Part shown: positions 24,084 to 36,750 of the stretch, piece after piece
Layout: every line of letters starts with the position of its first letter
How positions within the stretch are numbered: position 1 is the stretch's first letter
The notes under the pieces: model-generated
Seen by the model: only the letters and a program-made list of their open reading frames with translations
The model's database searches: none
What the model was told of the DNA's origin: nothing
NCBI GenBank assembly: GCA_030264375.1
Contig: JASCQW010000081.1
Location: forward strand, 49,116,948-49,180,947
Direction of reading: 5' to 3'
Length of the DNA stretch: 64,000 bases
Source of the DNA: Carcharhinus longimanus
Taxonomy: Eukaryota
Program-made: the position numbers and the translations under genes

Positions 24084-25869
24084 TAACATCATTTTGTAAG
24101 TTTTTGCAACATTTTACTTTGCTGTCTGTTATTTCATCTTGTTTTCATGTCTTCTCTAAAGCTTTAATTCTGTCTGCTAATTCTTCTTTATGTTCTATAG
24201 TTCTTAGTTTCTTTTGAAGTATTTCATTTCTGCATTTTTCTGATGGGAATCAATCATGTTCTTACTGGACATATATTTCATAAATGGAACCTTCATTTCC
24301 ATTTATCTTGATTCCAGCTAACTTTTTTAGGCTTCACTGTAGGTCAAGTCTGTCTCTGACTCGGCAGTGACTTGTTTCCAATCTGCAATTCTCTTGTTGC
24401 CCTTCATTTGGTCATTTAGTGCCTTTCGTTGCCCTCTTTCTGGGGTCTTTCATTGCCTTCCCTGAGATTATCCACCGACTTTTCCCCAGGGTCTTCATCG
24501 CCTCATCTGAGATCTTGCATTGCCTCTTCCTTGCTTCTGGACCGTTATTGAGAGTTGCACTCTGTGTCCTCTCCAATTTTCCTATCCATTACTGTTTGTT
24601 TCTTCTTATGGTTGCTGCTTTAAATTATTATTGCCACATTCAATGTATTACCTCTTTAAATGCATTGCTGCTTTAAGACTGTTATTTTTTAACCTGTTAG
24701 CTGGTTATCTCCATGTGCTTCTCCTATGTTTTTGAAGCCTTGGTGCGAATTCTGACGGCTCCTTTCTAAATTTTTTTTATACTTTTAAAACTTGTCTTTT
24801 ATAGATAGAAAGCTTTTCTGGCGATCCAACCCAGAGAGTTATGGATGCTCTCTTGTTGAATATATCCAAGACTGGGAATCACATTTTTGATCTTTCAGGG
24901 AATGAAGGAATGTGGGGACAGGGTGGGAAAGTGGATTTGAGGCAGACGATCAGCTATGAAGATATTGGGTTGCGGGGTCCACTCCTGTTCCAACTGTCAA
25001 CTCAACTAACTCTCAAGAGGCAAAGTTCAGTAATATTCTTTTAACACATTAGAGATCACAATAATGACTTAATCCGAAACTGCAAATTCAAGCGAGCTTT
25101 TTATTTAATAGTTAAGTGTTTGATACAAATAGGAATTTCCTCTTGTCCAATTGTAAAACGGATATTTCTGATCGCCTAATCTGGCCCATTCTGTGATTTA
25201 ATTGATACATTCAGAAGAGGTTGGCTACCAGAGTGAAACTGCAGATAAAGCTATGACTGTTGTGTTATCCAACAAAATCTCAGGTTTCATCTCCAATCTA
25301 TGTTGCACGTTATCCTGACCGAGGAACATGATAGAGATTATAACTGACCTCGTGATTCCGGGCTGAATTCGGAACTTGGAGTTCTTGCCCCGATTACTAT
25401 TTTGTGTTTCCCGCAGTAAGTACAGGCGAGTGAACTCACGTGAAATCATGGTCCACCTCAGCAATGATGCCTATTGCAGTAAAATAGTCTGATGACATTC
25501 AGGCAGTGAACCACACATAGAAAAACACCATTTGGTGATGGCCACCATTGCCTCAGCTAAAAAAGTGCTTGCACATACTGTCATAGATTTAACTAACAAA
25601 TATGTTATCAGATCCATGCACATGCCATGAATTGTCACCAAAGGTTTGATTTACAAGAAGTGGAAGCAGAAGAAAGAAGGTCTAAAGTAGTGAGAGATGT
25701 GAAACAGGGAAAGGGGAGAAAATAAATATTCAGTAGAGCTTAAAAACATGTTTAGCACATTTAGCACTGTGTTCTCTCTGCCATACAATCATGAAGTCAT
25801 TCATTCTGTTGGTTTCTTCTCTCAATGATACTCATTCATTTTGGGGTTGATCTCCACAGATGGCAAGTA

Positions 25870-26660
25870 TCTGATGAACATTATTTACTTTTTTTTAAGG
25901 AGGCAATAAGGATAGTCAATGAGATGCATTTGATGAAGTCTGTAGGTTTTAGCAAGGTTTTAAATAAAGTTCCACATGGCAGACTGGTCATGAAAGCAAA
26001 AGCCCATGGGACCCAAGGCCATGTAGCCAGGTTGAATTCAACATTAGCTCAGAGGCAGAAAGAAAGGGAAGGGTGATGATCAACATGTAATTTTGTGACT
26101 GGAGAATTATTTTCAATGGGGTTTCACAAAGCTTAGTATGAGGTCCCTTGTCTTTTCTGGTGTATATCAATGGTTTGGACTTGAATGTAGGGAATATGAT
26201 TAAGATATTTGCAGATGACACAAAATTTGGTCATGTGATTGATAAAAGAGAAAATAGCTACAAGCTGCAGGCAGATATTAACAGGAGAACAGTTCTGGCA
26301 AATGAGAGATCAATCCATAGATGCATGTGCTAATGCATTTGGGGGACTAACAGGGCAAGGGAATACATAATACATGGTAGGATTCTAAGAGGTGTAGAGG
26401 AACAAAGGGACTTTTGGGGTGCATGTCCACAGCTGGACATGCAGTACTCCGCAACCAGAGTACATGCAGGACAGGTAGATAAGGTGATGAAGAAGGCATC
26501 TGGAACTCTCTACCTGGAGTGTGGCAGAGGTAGAAACCCTCAAACATTTAAAAAGTACACGTTATAGTCATAGGAGGTTTACAGCATGGAGACAGGCCCT
26601 CCAGCCCAACTTTGGATTTGGATACACACTTGAAGTGCCATAACTAATAAAGCTACAGAT
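25870..26660 (+). mobile_element. CR1 LINE RT remnant
   Basis: FSKVLNKVPHGRLV and LVYINGLD...KIFADDTK. Confidence 0.8.
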
Positions 26661-27954
26661 CAAGAGTCAATACTGAATGGGAGTTCTTCTGTGATGCAAA
26701 TTTTGGTGATTTCAATGAACGCTCCTGCAAGGTGCTATCCAAGCAGCCATTACTCACTGAAAGCTACACAGTGTATTAGCAGCTTATTCAACCATAGAAA
26801 GTTCATGGTTGAGCCTGGTCTTAGCCTCAGTCAGCATCCACACACATCCACTGGAAGATGTTAGGGTTGTGATCCTCAGGAGAGTGAACACATGACTGAC
26901 TGATTTGCCTTCCAGGCCCATGGAAACCGAAACCCATTTTATTAGCCCAACTGTTGCCCTGAGTGAAGTTAGCAATCTCAGTACAGACCAGTGGGACCTC
27001 CTGGATTGCACAAATTAACACCACAATCAGGCCTCAAAAACTCTCTTTCAGCTAAGGCACATATAACATTTCATAATGGATTCTTATTGGTCTGGTTGAT
27101 GTATGTTATGGGTTCAGGCTACAGATCTTTGATCTAATGAAAACATGAGAGCCTAAAATTCGCTGTTCTTATTAAAGTATTAAACTGTTCTTCGTGTTTC
27201 AATCAGCTGCAGTCTTAAACCAGACATTGATTTTAAAAAGCACAGAGAATATGAGACAAACAATAATTAACCTCAACTTCAAAAGCAAATGCATAGTTTA
27301 GATTCCAGAAACAATTCTTTTATAAACCAGATTTTAGATTTTTTAAAAATTTAAAGCAGACACCGATTAAATTCATGAAAGAGCAACAAAAACTAAAAGT
27401 CTGTGCACAAATATCCATTTCACCTGTAACTTCCCTGGCAATGAATAATGTACTACTTCACCACATCCTCAACACTTCCTCCTCCTTACAGACACCAAGC
27501 GGCATTGCTCCAGCTTCTATTCCAGCTCATTTTTTCCACTCTTAAAACTGGGGAATTGCACTGCTCCCTCTTCCCATCTTCCTGCAGTCACTGGGTTTAA
27601 GGCGTAGCCTTAATGGGGGTGGAGCTAGAGGAAGGGAATAGGTGGCAAATCGGATGAAACCAGAAGAGATAAGCAAAGCCAAGGGTATGGTCTGCAAAAG
27701 AGGAGAGGAGAAAATGAGAAAAAGAAGCCAGGAACACCAAGGAAAAGAAAGCAGGAGAAACACTTGGTGCTGCTGTGAAAGTGGAAAGAGAAGGTATGAG
27801 AATGATTTGACTGGAGATGTGAGGGTGAGGTCAGTAGCAATGAGAAAACTGGATTCCTAATATTTAAATAAAAGTATTTTATTCCCTTAAGGTTAACAAA
27901 ATGCAAATCCTGAAAACTTAAGAATACTGGAAATGAACCAACTATCAACTACCT

Positions 27955-30922
27955 GGTCAGTCTAGTGTTGGACAGAGCCGTGTACACAGGCAAGCATGGT
28001 GACAGCTCCTAGCTTAAACACTTTACTGCACATAGGTGAATAGCTTTAGTAGTTAATAAATATATACAATTGACCTCTTAAATAAGACTTCATTAAGACC
28101 TACCAATTAGTTTTCAACACCCTACAACATGGTGGCAGCAATAGAAAAACCAAAAACCTCATCAAAAAATGTAGAGAAAATCTAAATTCCTGCAAAACTA
28201 AAGAAAACTTTTAAGAAGCATTCTGACCTGAAGACAAGCTCGAGAAGCGGATACACATTGGAACATTACCAAGGAAAAGCTCCAAATAAAGGCTTGGAAG
28301 CTGAAGGCAGAAATTTAAAATTCCTCACTGCAGCAGAAAATTCCACAGGAGCTCTTGGAAGTCCAACTTCAATTCCCAGAGCCCAGAGTGATCAAATCAA
28401 ACAGTGGCGAATTAAAACGTCTAAATTCCAGGATACAGCAATTCCTGAGAAACATTTAAATAGTTCGGTAATCAGGAATTGCCATTTAAATACTCTGTCA
28501 GCATAACTAGATTCCCAAGCCAGGACATGTGGTATTTCAGCTCACTCAGCGAAGAAAAGGACTAATTAATTAACTCCAAAGAATTGCATCGAAAGTTTCA
28601 AATTTAAAGCCCAGCACTTGATGCTTTCATAACCTTAAAGTATAGCGCTGAAACTGAGAAATCTCCAGCTAGCCAATTCAAATAGCCATTGTCTAAATCT
28701 TTTCAAGATTTACTGTGTTACTGCAGCAGGAGCCCGCCAAAACGGATAAGTCTTGAAATGAATAGTGGTGTCATCTTGAATTTCAGCCACTTCTGAAAGC
28801 TGAATCTACACCTTAAAGTTTTTAAACATGGATCAGAATCCCATTCTTCCAAACCAATTTAAGCTGATTGACTGCTTAGATAAGTCACACAATTGGGACT
28901 TTGGAGAATCAGATCTGGATAAAAAGACAGAAGACTGCTTCACTCAGTAGGCCTGATAGCGGACAACATTATTGATAGTTGAGGAATCAATGAATCATCT
29001 GATAAATTTCAAGTAGTAGTAAAATGATGTACTTTATTTTAACTTAAGAAATAACAAAATCCTTGGTAGGGCTATATTTAAATAAGCATGTCCTGCAGCC
29101 AGGAGAAGCTGTTGGCTCACTCATTAATGATGGATGAAGGCCTCAAATGGAGACTTAAAATCTGAACCTACTNNNNNNNNNNCTGTAGGAGTCGTGGATG
29201 ACAAACTGTCAGACATGCTGAAAATAAAAAGGAAGATCTAACACTTGAAAAAGTTATTTAGATTGTTAGGCAGTCTGAGCTTAGTGTGCAATATTTTAAG
29301 AGAAACTGCTGTACAAAGAAAACCCCACAGTTCGGTTGATTAAATAGCACGGAAACAGGGATGCTCCAGGCCAAGGGAAACAATACCCTAATAGAGTGGC
29401 CATGCCAGAGCATTTAGCAAAGTACCTCTATAGGCAAGATTAATGTCCTCAGTTTCAGTCCAATGCTTTCAATGTAATAGAACTGGACACTCTGAGCAAC
29501 TGTGCAAGGTTAAAACATCTAAACACACAGAAGACCCAACATGACTGTGGTTGAGAATGCTCACTAAGAGGACACACAGCTAGGCTGCCCTGCATGAGCC
29601 CTGAATCTCCTCAAATTGGCAGATGATGTCAAGACAACCATTGTCATAAACTGTTCAGGATTGCAAGTTACCTCCAGCTCCAACAAGAAAAAGTTAACAA
29701 CTGAATTTTAACACTAGACTGTCTTCTCTCTTTACAGGTCAGGTTTATCCATTTTTATTACAAGTGTCAGAAAAGCCTCATTGGTCAGACCAGGCAACCA
29801 CTCAGATGTTCCAATGGAGGATAGACAAGGAAGCAACCAATAACCCAAAGAGTCTCAAATTCAGACTCCAACAACTGTTGATGAGGTGAACACTGTGACC
29901 ATAGAGCAAATGCTTCAATGCCATGCCAGCTTTACAGTGCCATAGACAATACTGGGACCAAGTAGCAGCCATCCATTGCCAACCGAATACCATAGCCAAA
30001 TGCNNNNNNNNNNNNNNNNNNNNNNNNNNNNNNNNTCATAACAGGAAAGGCCATCTTCTATCACTGAGGACACTGTGAGGACCCAAATGATGAAAGAGGG
30101 AAAAACAAGCACAATGTTCGTCCACCCTGCGAGAAATAGGATGAAATAATAACCATCTACAATCACAAATGCCAAATAGACAAAAGGCCATTCAATTCCA
30201 AGGAATGGAAAAAGATACCCAGATGCCAGAACAATCTCCAAATCAAAGGAGTTTACCTGAAACAACTCCTCAAACAGTAGCACAAACAAGATATAAGGCC
30301 TCCAGACTGCCCGAACCTCTGAACTATGAGCTTATGGGGTGGCACGGTGGCACAGTGATAGCACTGCTGCCTCACAGCATCAGGGACCGGTTTTGATTCC
30401 CAGCTTGGATCACTGTGTGGAGTTTGCACGTTCTCCCCGTATCTGTGTCGGTTTCCTCAGTGTGCTCTGGTTTCTTTCCACAGTCCGAAAGGTGTGCTGG
30501 TTAGGTGGACTGGCCATGCTAAATTCTCTCTCAAATGTACCTGAACAGACTCCAGAGTGTGGCGACTAGGGGATTTTCACAGTAGCTCCATTGCAGTATT
30601 AATGTAAGCCTAGCTGTGCCAACAAACAAAATAAAATCTTGGAGACTTGAAGGGGAGAGATGGGATAGTAATCACCATGTAAATACATGGGGTAAAGTAA
30701 AATAACTTGAAATACATTGGATAATAACTTGGGGGGGAGGTGTAGTTTAAAGGTCTAGCATATATAGGGTTAAGTGGGACTGAGTACAGTACTGTGATAT
30801 AAGTGAACACATGAGCACACATCAGGATCACTCCAGTGTCGGACAGAACTGTGCACAAGCAAGCATGGAGACAGCTCCCAGCTTGAACTCTTTACTGTAT
30901 ATATGTATCTAGTTTTTGTAGT
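27955..30922 (+). mobile_element. Decayed, internally deleted Gypsy-type LTR retrotransposon
   Basis: Direct repeats 27955-28050 and 30825-30922; 5' LTR ends ...acaaCA followed by PBS-like TGGTGGCAGC (28130); PPT gggggggagg (30731-30740) before TGTAG; gag motifs VGVVDDKLSDML/EDLTLEKVI*IVRQSE and CCHC knuckle QCFQCNRTGHSEQLCK (29461-29508). Confidence 0.75.
30336..30636 (+). mobile_element. HE1-head SINE with alternative (type B) tail, nested in the Gypsy element
   Basis: ggggtggcacggtggcacagtg head; tail gtgtggcgactaggggattttcacagtagctccattgcagtattaatgtaagcc. Confidence 0.8.
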
Positions 30923-31574
30923 CCTACCAAAAGGTATCCAATAGCCAAAATGCAATACATGTGAAATTATAATTCAATGTAAGTTAGAAGAGGGAGAAAA
31001 TTATCAAAGAAAATAAGGATTTAACTCACGATTTCTTCAACTTCCTAAAGCTCAGCATTCAGCCTGTTCACATGATGCTGGAATTATATTTTTCACAAAG
31101 AACCACATTCCAAAAAAGTTAGCTCCAACTCTGTTTTTGGAATTTCTTTGTTTATTTTGGAGCCTGATGTTTCTGGGCCACTCGATTCTGTTTTATCTCA
31201 ATCTCTTCACAGAATTTACTTGTCACCTAAACAATACTTTTTAAAAGTACTCAGTCCCTGTTTTGTGTTTTCTTTTACTCTGAACTCGAGCAATGAAAAC
31301 ATATGGCAGGTTGCTGGATTTTACTCCTCTTCCCGAAAGAGGCTGACGCACTGGTGGCTTAACAGGTCCACAATAAGCAATTCCCCTCCCCCCACCCTTA
31401 CTTCAGCCAAGTGTCCAATTTTCCACAAGTGAAGGTTATGAGTGCTTGTGAACCATTTGGACATGGAACTCTGGAGCAGCCATTCACACAAGTAGAGGCT
31501 CAATGGACCACTTGGACATGTAACCCAGAGTCTGAATCACCATTCAGATAGGCAGAGATTTGGTGAACCATATG

Positions 31575-31852
31575 TTTATTTATATATTTGCGTCACAAGT
31601 AGGCTTATATTAGCACTGCAAAGAAGTTACTGTGAAAATCCCCTAGTTGCCACACTCCGGCACCTGTTTGGGTACACTGAGGGAAAACTTAGTATGGCCA
31701 ATGCACTGAACCAGCATGTCTTTTGATTGTGGGTAGAGACCGGAGCACCCGGAGGAAACCCACACACATATAGGGAGAACATGAAGACTCCGCGCAGACG
31801 GTGATGAAAGTCACTGGTACTGAGAGGCAGCAGTGCTAACCACTGTGCCACC
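31575..31852 (-). mobile_element. HE1-head SINE, type B tail
   Basis: Reverse complement of the 30336 element. Confidence 0.8.
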
Positions 31853-33789
31853 TGTATATGGAACCCAGGGCCTGAGCTAGCATTCGTACAGGCAGAGGTT
31901 GATGACTTGATTTTTCTCCTGTGTCTGGAGACATTTGCAGCACCTCTGCTTCTGTCTTGTTAAAGTCAGCTACCTCAGTAAGCACAGGTACTGAAGTGAA
32001 TGTGAAACTGCTTGATCTCTGCGTTTCAGTTCAAGACAGGTTGCAAGATCAATATTCTCCGTCATTAGGCAACTCCTCCTCCTTGTCTTCAAAACATTTT
32101 TTCATTCTATGGTTTATTTTCATCTCCTGCTGGATTTGAGTATCCTCCATTGAGAGCGTGCACACGCTTCTCCCAATGTTGCCTTTGTACAGCCATTCAG
32201 ATGTAGAAAGAGACACCGGGTATTCCCATTTTCCCCCTCTTCCCCCACCAGGAACATATTACATATCAAAATTATGGGAGAATGAGTGAAGCTCACAGTT
32301 CCCCGTGGGGCTTGTTCTAGAAGTGTGAGCAGATACTCAAGTTTCATTCACCACGAATGCTGCTTTATTTCTTCAGCCGAACAGGTAGAATTACCAATCC
32401 TAGGGTGGCCCAGTTGGTATAAGACTCAGCCAGGTGTGAGACTGAAGGGTACATGTCCTGGATTTAATCTCAGGTCTGTACTGACAGTTCATTTTATTTG
32501 TCAATAGAGTTATTAAGGTTGATCTTCTCATCCTCAATTAAGAGGCAGGCTGGAAGGAGTAGAATTTGCACTGAATTGGTAAATCTGTGGCTGCAGGCAT
32601 TAAATGAGGACATGATTAGATACAGCCATGATGCCTCTCAATGGACAAACTATTGTCTTGGCTCAACAATGACAAATGACCACTTGCAAGGGGTCTCATT
32701 GGTTGCCTGATCCCATGAAATCAGACATCAACATGAGTCAGAAATCTGAGAAGGCAGAATAATACTGAGAGAAAAATGGACACATATCTCCTTGAAGGCC
32801 ATAGGTTCTCTCATCAACTTTTATTTATTATTTTCACATAAGAACACTACAAGACAAGAATGATATCTCTGACAAAATCAAGATTGAAAACAGACTATTT
32901 ACAGGCCATTAATTGATGGAAGTTCATTGCAATGTAAAGAGGATTTTCCCCCCAAATCTAGTGTGCTCTCGAAGTGAGTATTTGAAATATCCCAGAAACA
33001 TTTCATTGAGCAAACCAGACAGTTGGTTGACACCCAAAGATCTTCCTGTCTGGAGGTCTGATGCACAATCACCCTTCATTACATCCAGCACTACCCCAAC
33101 TCCACAAGTCCTTGTTGCTGTTCTGCTCACGTTTCTACTGTACCATCTATGCAAGACGCCACCTCATTGCTCCTTTATCTCAATACTCAATATTAGACTC
33201 ACCTGTACATATCTGTAAGATACGCATCACTGATTTGGAAGCTGCATGAAGAGTGGACTGACACGTGATTGTGATAACAGAACTGCAACTACACTCACGG
33301 CTGAATGAGTAGAGACCTTGTCTGGCTTAGTACCCGGCCAAGCAGATCAGGAATGTCTGTTCTGTACCGAATTCACCAACCTCAACCAGGGTCAGTACTG
33401 GGAACTTAGCCACACAATCAAGTTCCTAAATAAACATGCGCTTTTAGAAGAATAAAAATGAAAAGAAATTAAATACAAATTCTTATGAACTTTTCACAAT
33501 CATTTCCATTCTGTTATACTCAAGCAATACTGAAAAGAATCACAGTTAACTGACTTTACACACCACATGCATTTGGAGAATTTGCCCCTTTCACCTTCCC
33601 TACCCTAGTATTCTTACTGCTGTCTCATTTTTCTCCCTTTGCCATGCATCATCTGAAAGTGCTGCTCCGGTTGGGGAATGATTTCAGGGCCCTCCAAATA
33701 CAGCATTCTTAACATGCAACACATATTTGTTTATTGTCCAGTCACAGTCTACTTATCCTCGTCTTAGAGACGGATATGTCAGCCAACTT

Positions 33790-34100
33790 GTTCACAGAGT
33801 GGTCCAACAAACAGCAATGAGATAAATAATCAGTTAAAATGTTTGGGTGGTATTTGGTGGGAGAAGGGGAGGTGAATACTGTTCTTGACATCAGGAGAAT
33901 TCCCTAATCTTCTTCATAAAATAACTTCCCTCTGAATAATTTAGCATCTTTTCTGAAGGAGGGCATCTCCGATAGTGGGACCCTCCCTCCTAATAGCATA
34001 CATCTATCAGCCTAGATCATGTGCTAAAGTCTCCAGAAGGGGGCTTGAACCCACAACTTTAAGTCAGGGATGAGGGTGATAACACTGAGACAGACTGACA
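33790..34100 (-). mobile_element. DeuSINE-like SINE (diverged)
   Basis: gggttcaagccc head and Deu core on the minus strand. Confidence 0.55.
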
Positions 34101-36459
34101 AAAGAAAAGCATACCTTTGAAGAGAGCCATGCAGAAAATCATGTTGTGTAAAATTAATAATAATTTAAAAATATTAATTTCACACAAGTTGTAGCAAGGA
34201 AACAATCTTGGTTTCCATCCTCAACCCAAAGGGAAGTAGGAAGGTACTGCCGAAGATGTGGGAAGTTAGCATTTGATGCTCTGTCAGTGGAATATGCACC
34301 CCACTGGCTGGGGAGTTATTAGCATTACATTTTCTTCTTATAAAAATTTATTGTTTTAATCCCAAAGAAGTACCAGGATGTTGAAGAATCTCCAGGGGAT
34401 TCTCAACAAACAACAGACAGGAAGCATTTGATGAAAAAGATCCATTTGCCAACAAATTCTCTGCAAAGGATGGGGATGAAAGTAGTGTGCTCTTCATCCA
34501 AAAGGAACTTGCATTTCTACAACAAACAAATGAACAATGAGGAACAGGATTGCCTATCCAGGCTGTCCCACATAACTGTGCTAACTTGCATATCACAATG
34601 CATATACTCCCCATCACCTAAAAACTATCTGATCCCCATCTACAATATACAATAAGCTATTATGTCATATCAGGGGCCCGTTTATTACGAAGCTGATGGA
34701 AATGCACTTGAGAAATTCAGTGCAGTCTCAACTAATGTCCTGTCTTTAAATCATAAGTAAAGGATGAAGAAAAATAAGTATGAGGCCAAGTCACACAAGT
34801 GCTTCAAATTTGAGCTGAATAAATATTTGGGAGTGAGGGTGTTAAGTACAATATAGGAGAGGTAGAGGCTGAGATGTAATGTTATAAAGCAACAGTGCGG
34901 GATGCAGGGAGAACATTTTCAGAAGAACAGCAGATCAAGGTTGAATGGTAGAGATTCAAGAACTGATAAGAATTCTAGAGTTCTGCTTGTTTAATTTTGA
35001 ATTAGAAAGTACTATGCAGAACCTGCATCAAGAGATTAAGACCACACCAACTGCAGCTGCAGTGATTTCACTTTGCACCAATCAAAATTATTGTTATGTA
35101 AATCTAAAAAAAATTGGGGCCTGCTCCAGCCCATGGAGTGAAACTCCTTTCTCTGACCTTGGATCCACATTACAAACAAATATTGGTATGAAACCTAAAT
35201 GGGTAAAGTAGATTCATCGTTAGGACAGTGTCTGTGGAAAAAATAAACTTGCTGGGCTAAAAGCAGTTTAAGTTCTGGAAATTATTACATCCTTCATGCT
35301 TGGGAGTATCCTAAAAGTTCAATAAAACTTACATGCGGAGCTATTAGGACCAGCTGGAGACATCATAGGACAATAACACAGCTGACAAACTATTTTCTGA
35401 AGCAGAAAAACCTACAACAATAAAAAAAAATACAGCGAGTAGCACGGACAATTTATTTATATCAACACGCTTATATAGCCACACCCAAGAATTTTTTTTC
35501 TTTCCTGTCCTCACCTGGTGATCACACACCCAGGAATTTTGGATAATGATCAGAGCATTAGCTCTTTTCTCTCTTGAAGAGACCATTTATAACCACTCTT
35601 TTGCTTATCACAATGACAATCACCTGAGTACAGATGGCATTGAATGAAAAATCGAGGGGATTCCATCCAAAATAGGCTTCAATTATTTTGTAGCTTTACT
35701 TTTGTAAAATTCCAGTTCACAGCTTTCTTTGTATTTGCATGTAACCAAGATTTTATATATTTTCAGCCATTTATATTGTATGCCCAGGAAAGTAATTATC
35801 TTCCATCACAAAACATCAATTTATTTTGATTTTAATTCACCTGCAACATTTATCAGGGAAAAACAGAAAAATATCTGCTGGGAGCAAAGAAACACAATTA
35901 TTTAACAAAAAGAAACAGAAAGAAAAGCAAAGTCTCCAATAGATCTTTTATTCCAAAAAGTCCTGCCAATGAAGTTTCTTTTCAAATTAAAAACATTCAA
36001 AAACCAAATTCATTTTTAGGAGGCTGCTCTCCCGTTCTTCACAGTGCTCAGCAATGTTGAAATCCAAAAGGTCAAAATTCCAAACAACCCTGTACACATG
36101 GAACAGTAGGCAAATTACTCGCTTTATCATGAATGAAAAAGTTAAGTAAACAAGAAGCTCGTACCTGATTGTTTGGCTGTTACAAATGGCAGCTCACAAA
36201 GCCCTGGGCCTAAACAAATAAGCTTTGCTACCTTACTGTTGTAAGCTACCATCTGTGCTGGTGAAACAAGAGCCCCAATATCATAATCCCAGACAAGTTT
36301 ATAAATGGATTAGTTGGAACTCACCTAGTTGGTGGTTACTAACAAATTCCGTTCCGGGAGATTAGTTTGGGTCACCTATCGGTTAGATTGTGGATAAATC
36401 GTATCCATCACTTATAAAACGAATGCTGACCATCCAACTATTTTCTGCCTACAGATACC

Positions 36460-36750
36460 AGATCTGTGCTGAGTTAGCTGATCTCAGTCAGGAAGGTTGT
36501 AGAGCTGCTTCTATTGTCTTTGGCATACTTATTGGGGAGGGATGAATAAATTATCCAGAATTCTTGGTCCTGACTTCAGCTGAAAAGTGCAGACATATGG
36601 ACGTACATCAGAGACAGGATTGGGCTCAGCTACCATAGTCAAATAACCCATTAGCACTTACTAGAAGATTCCCTATGGAGAATAGCTACTTGGGAGAGGT
36701 ACTAAAAGGAACCCAATACCACAAAACCACACCAATCTCTTTGTCTTGGG
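36460..36750 (+). mobile_element. Ancient SINE-like repeat
   Basis: tctgtgctgagttagctgatctcag...gacaggattgggctcagct. Confidence 0.55.

Noticed and set aside
19327-25470. Joined candidate exons read DHDFT..FLLPA..RECSFY, reminiscent of TMED/p24 N-termini
   Set aside because: The frame stops immediately afterwards and spacing does not match; judged coincidental.
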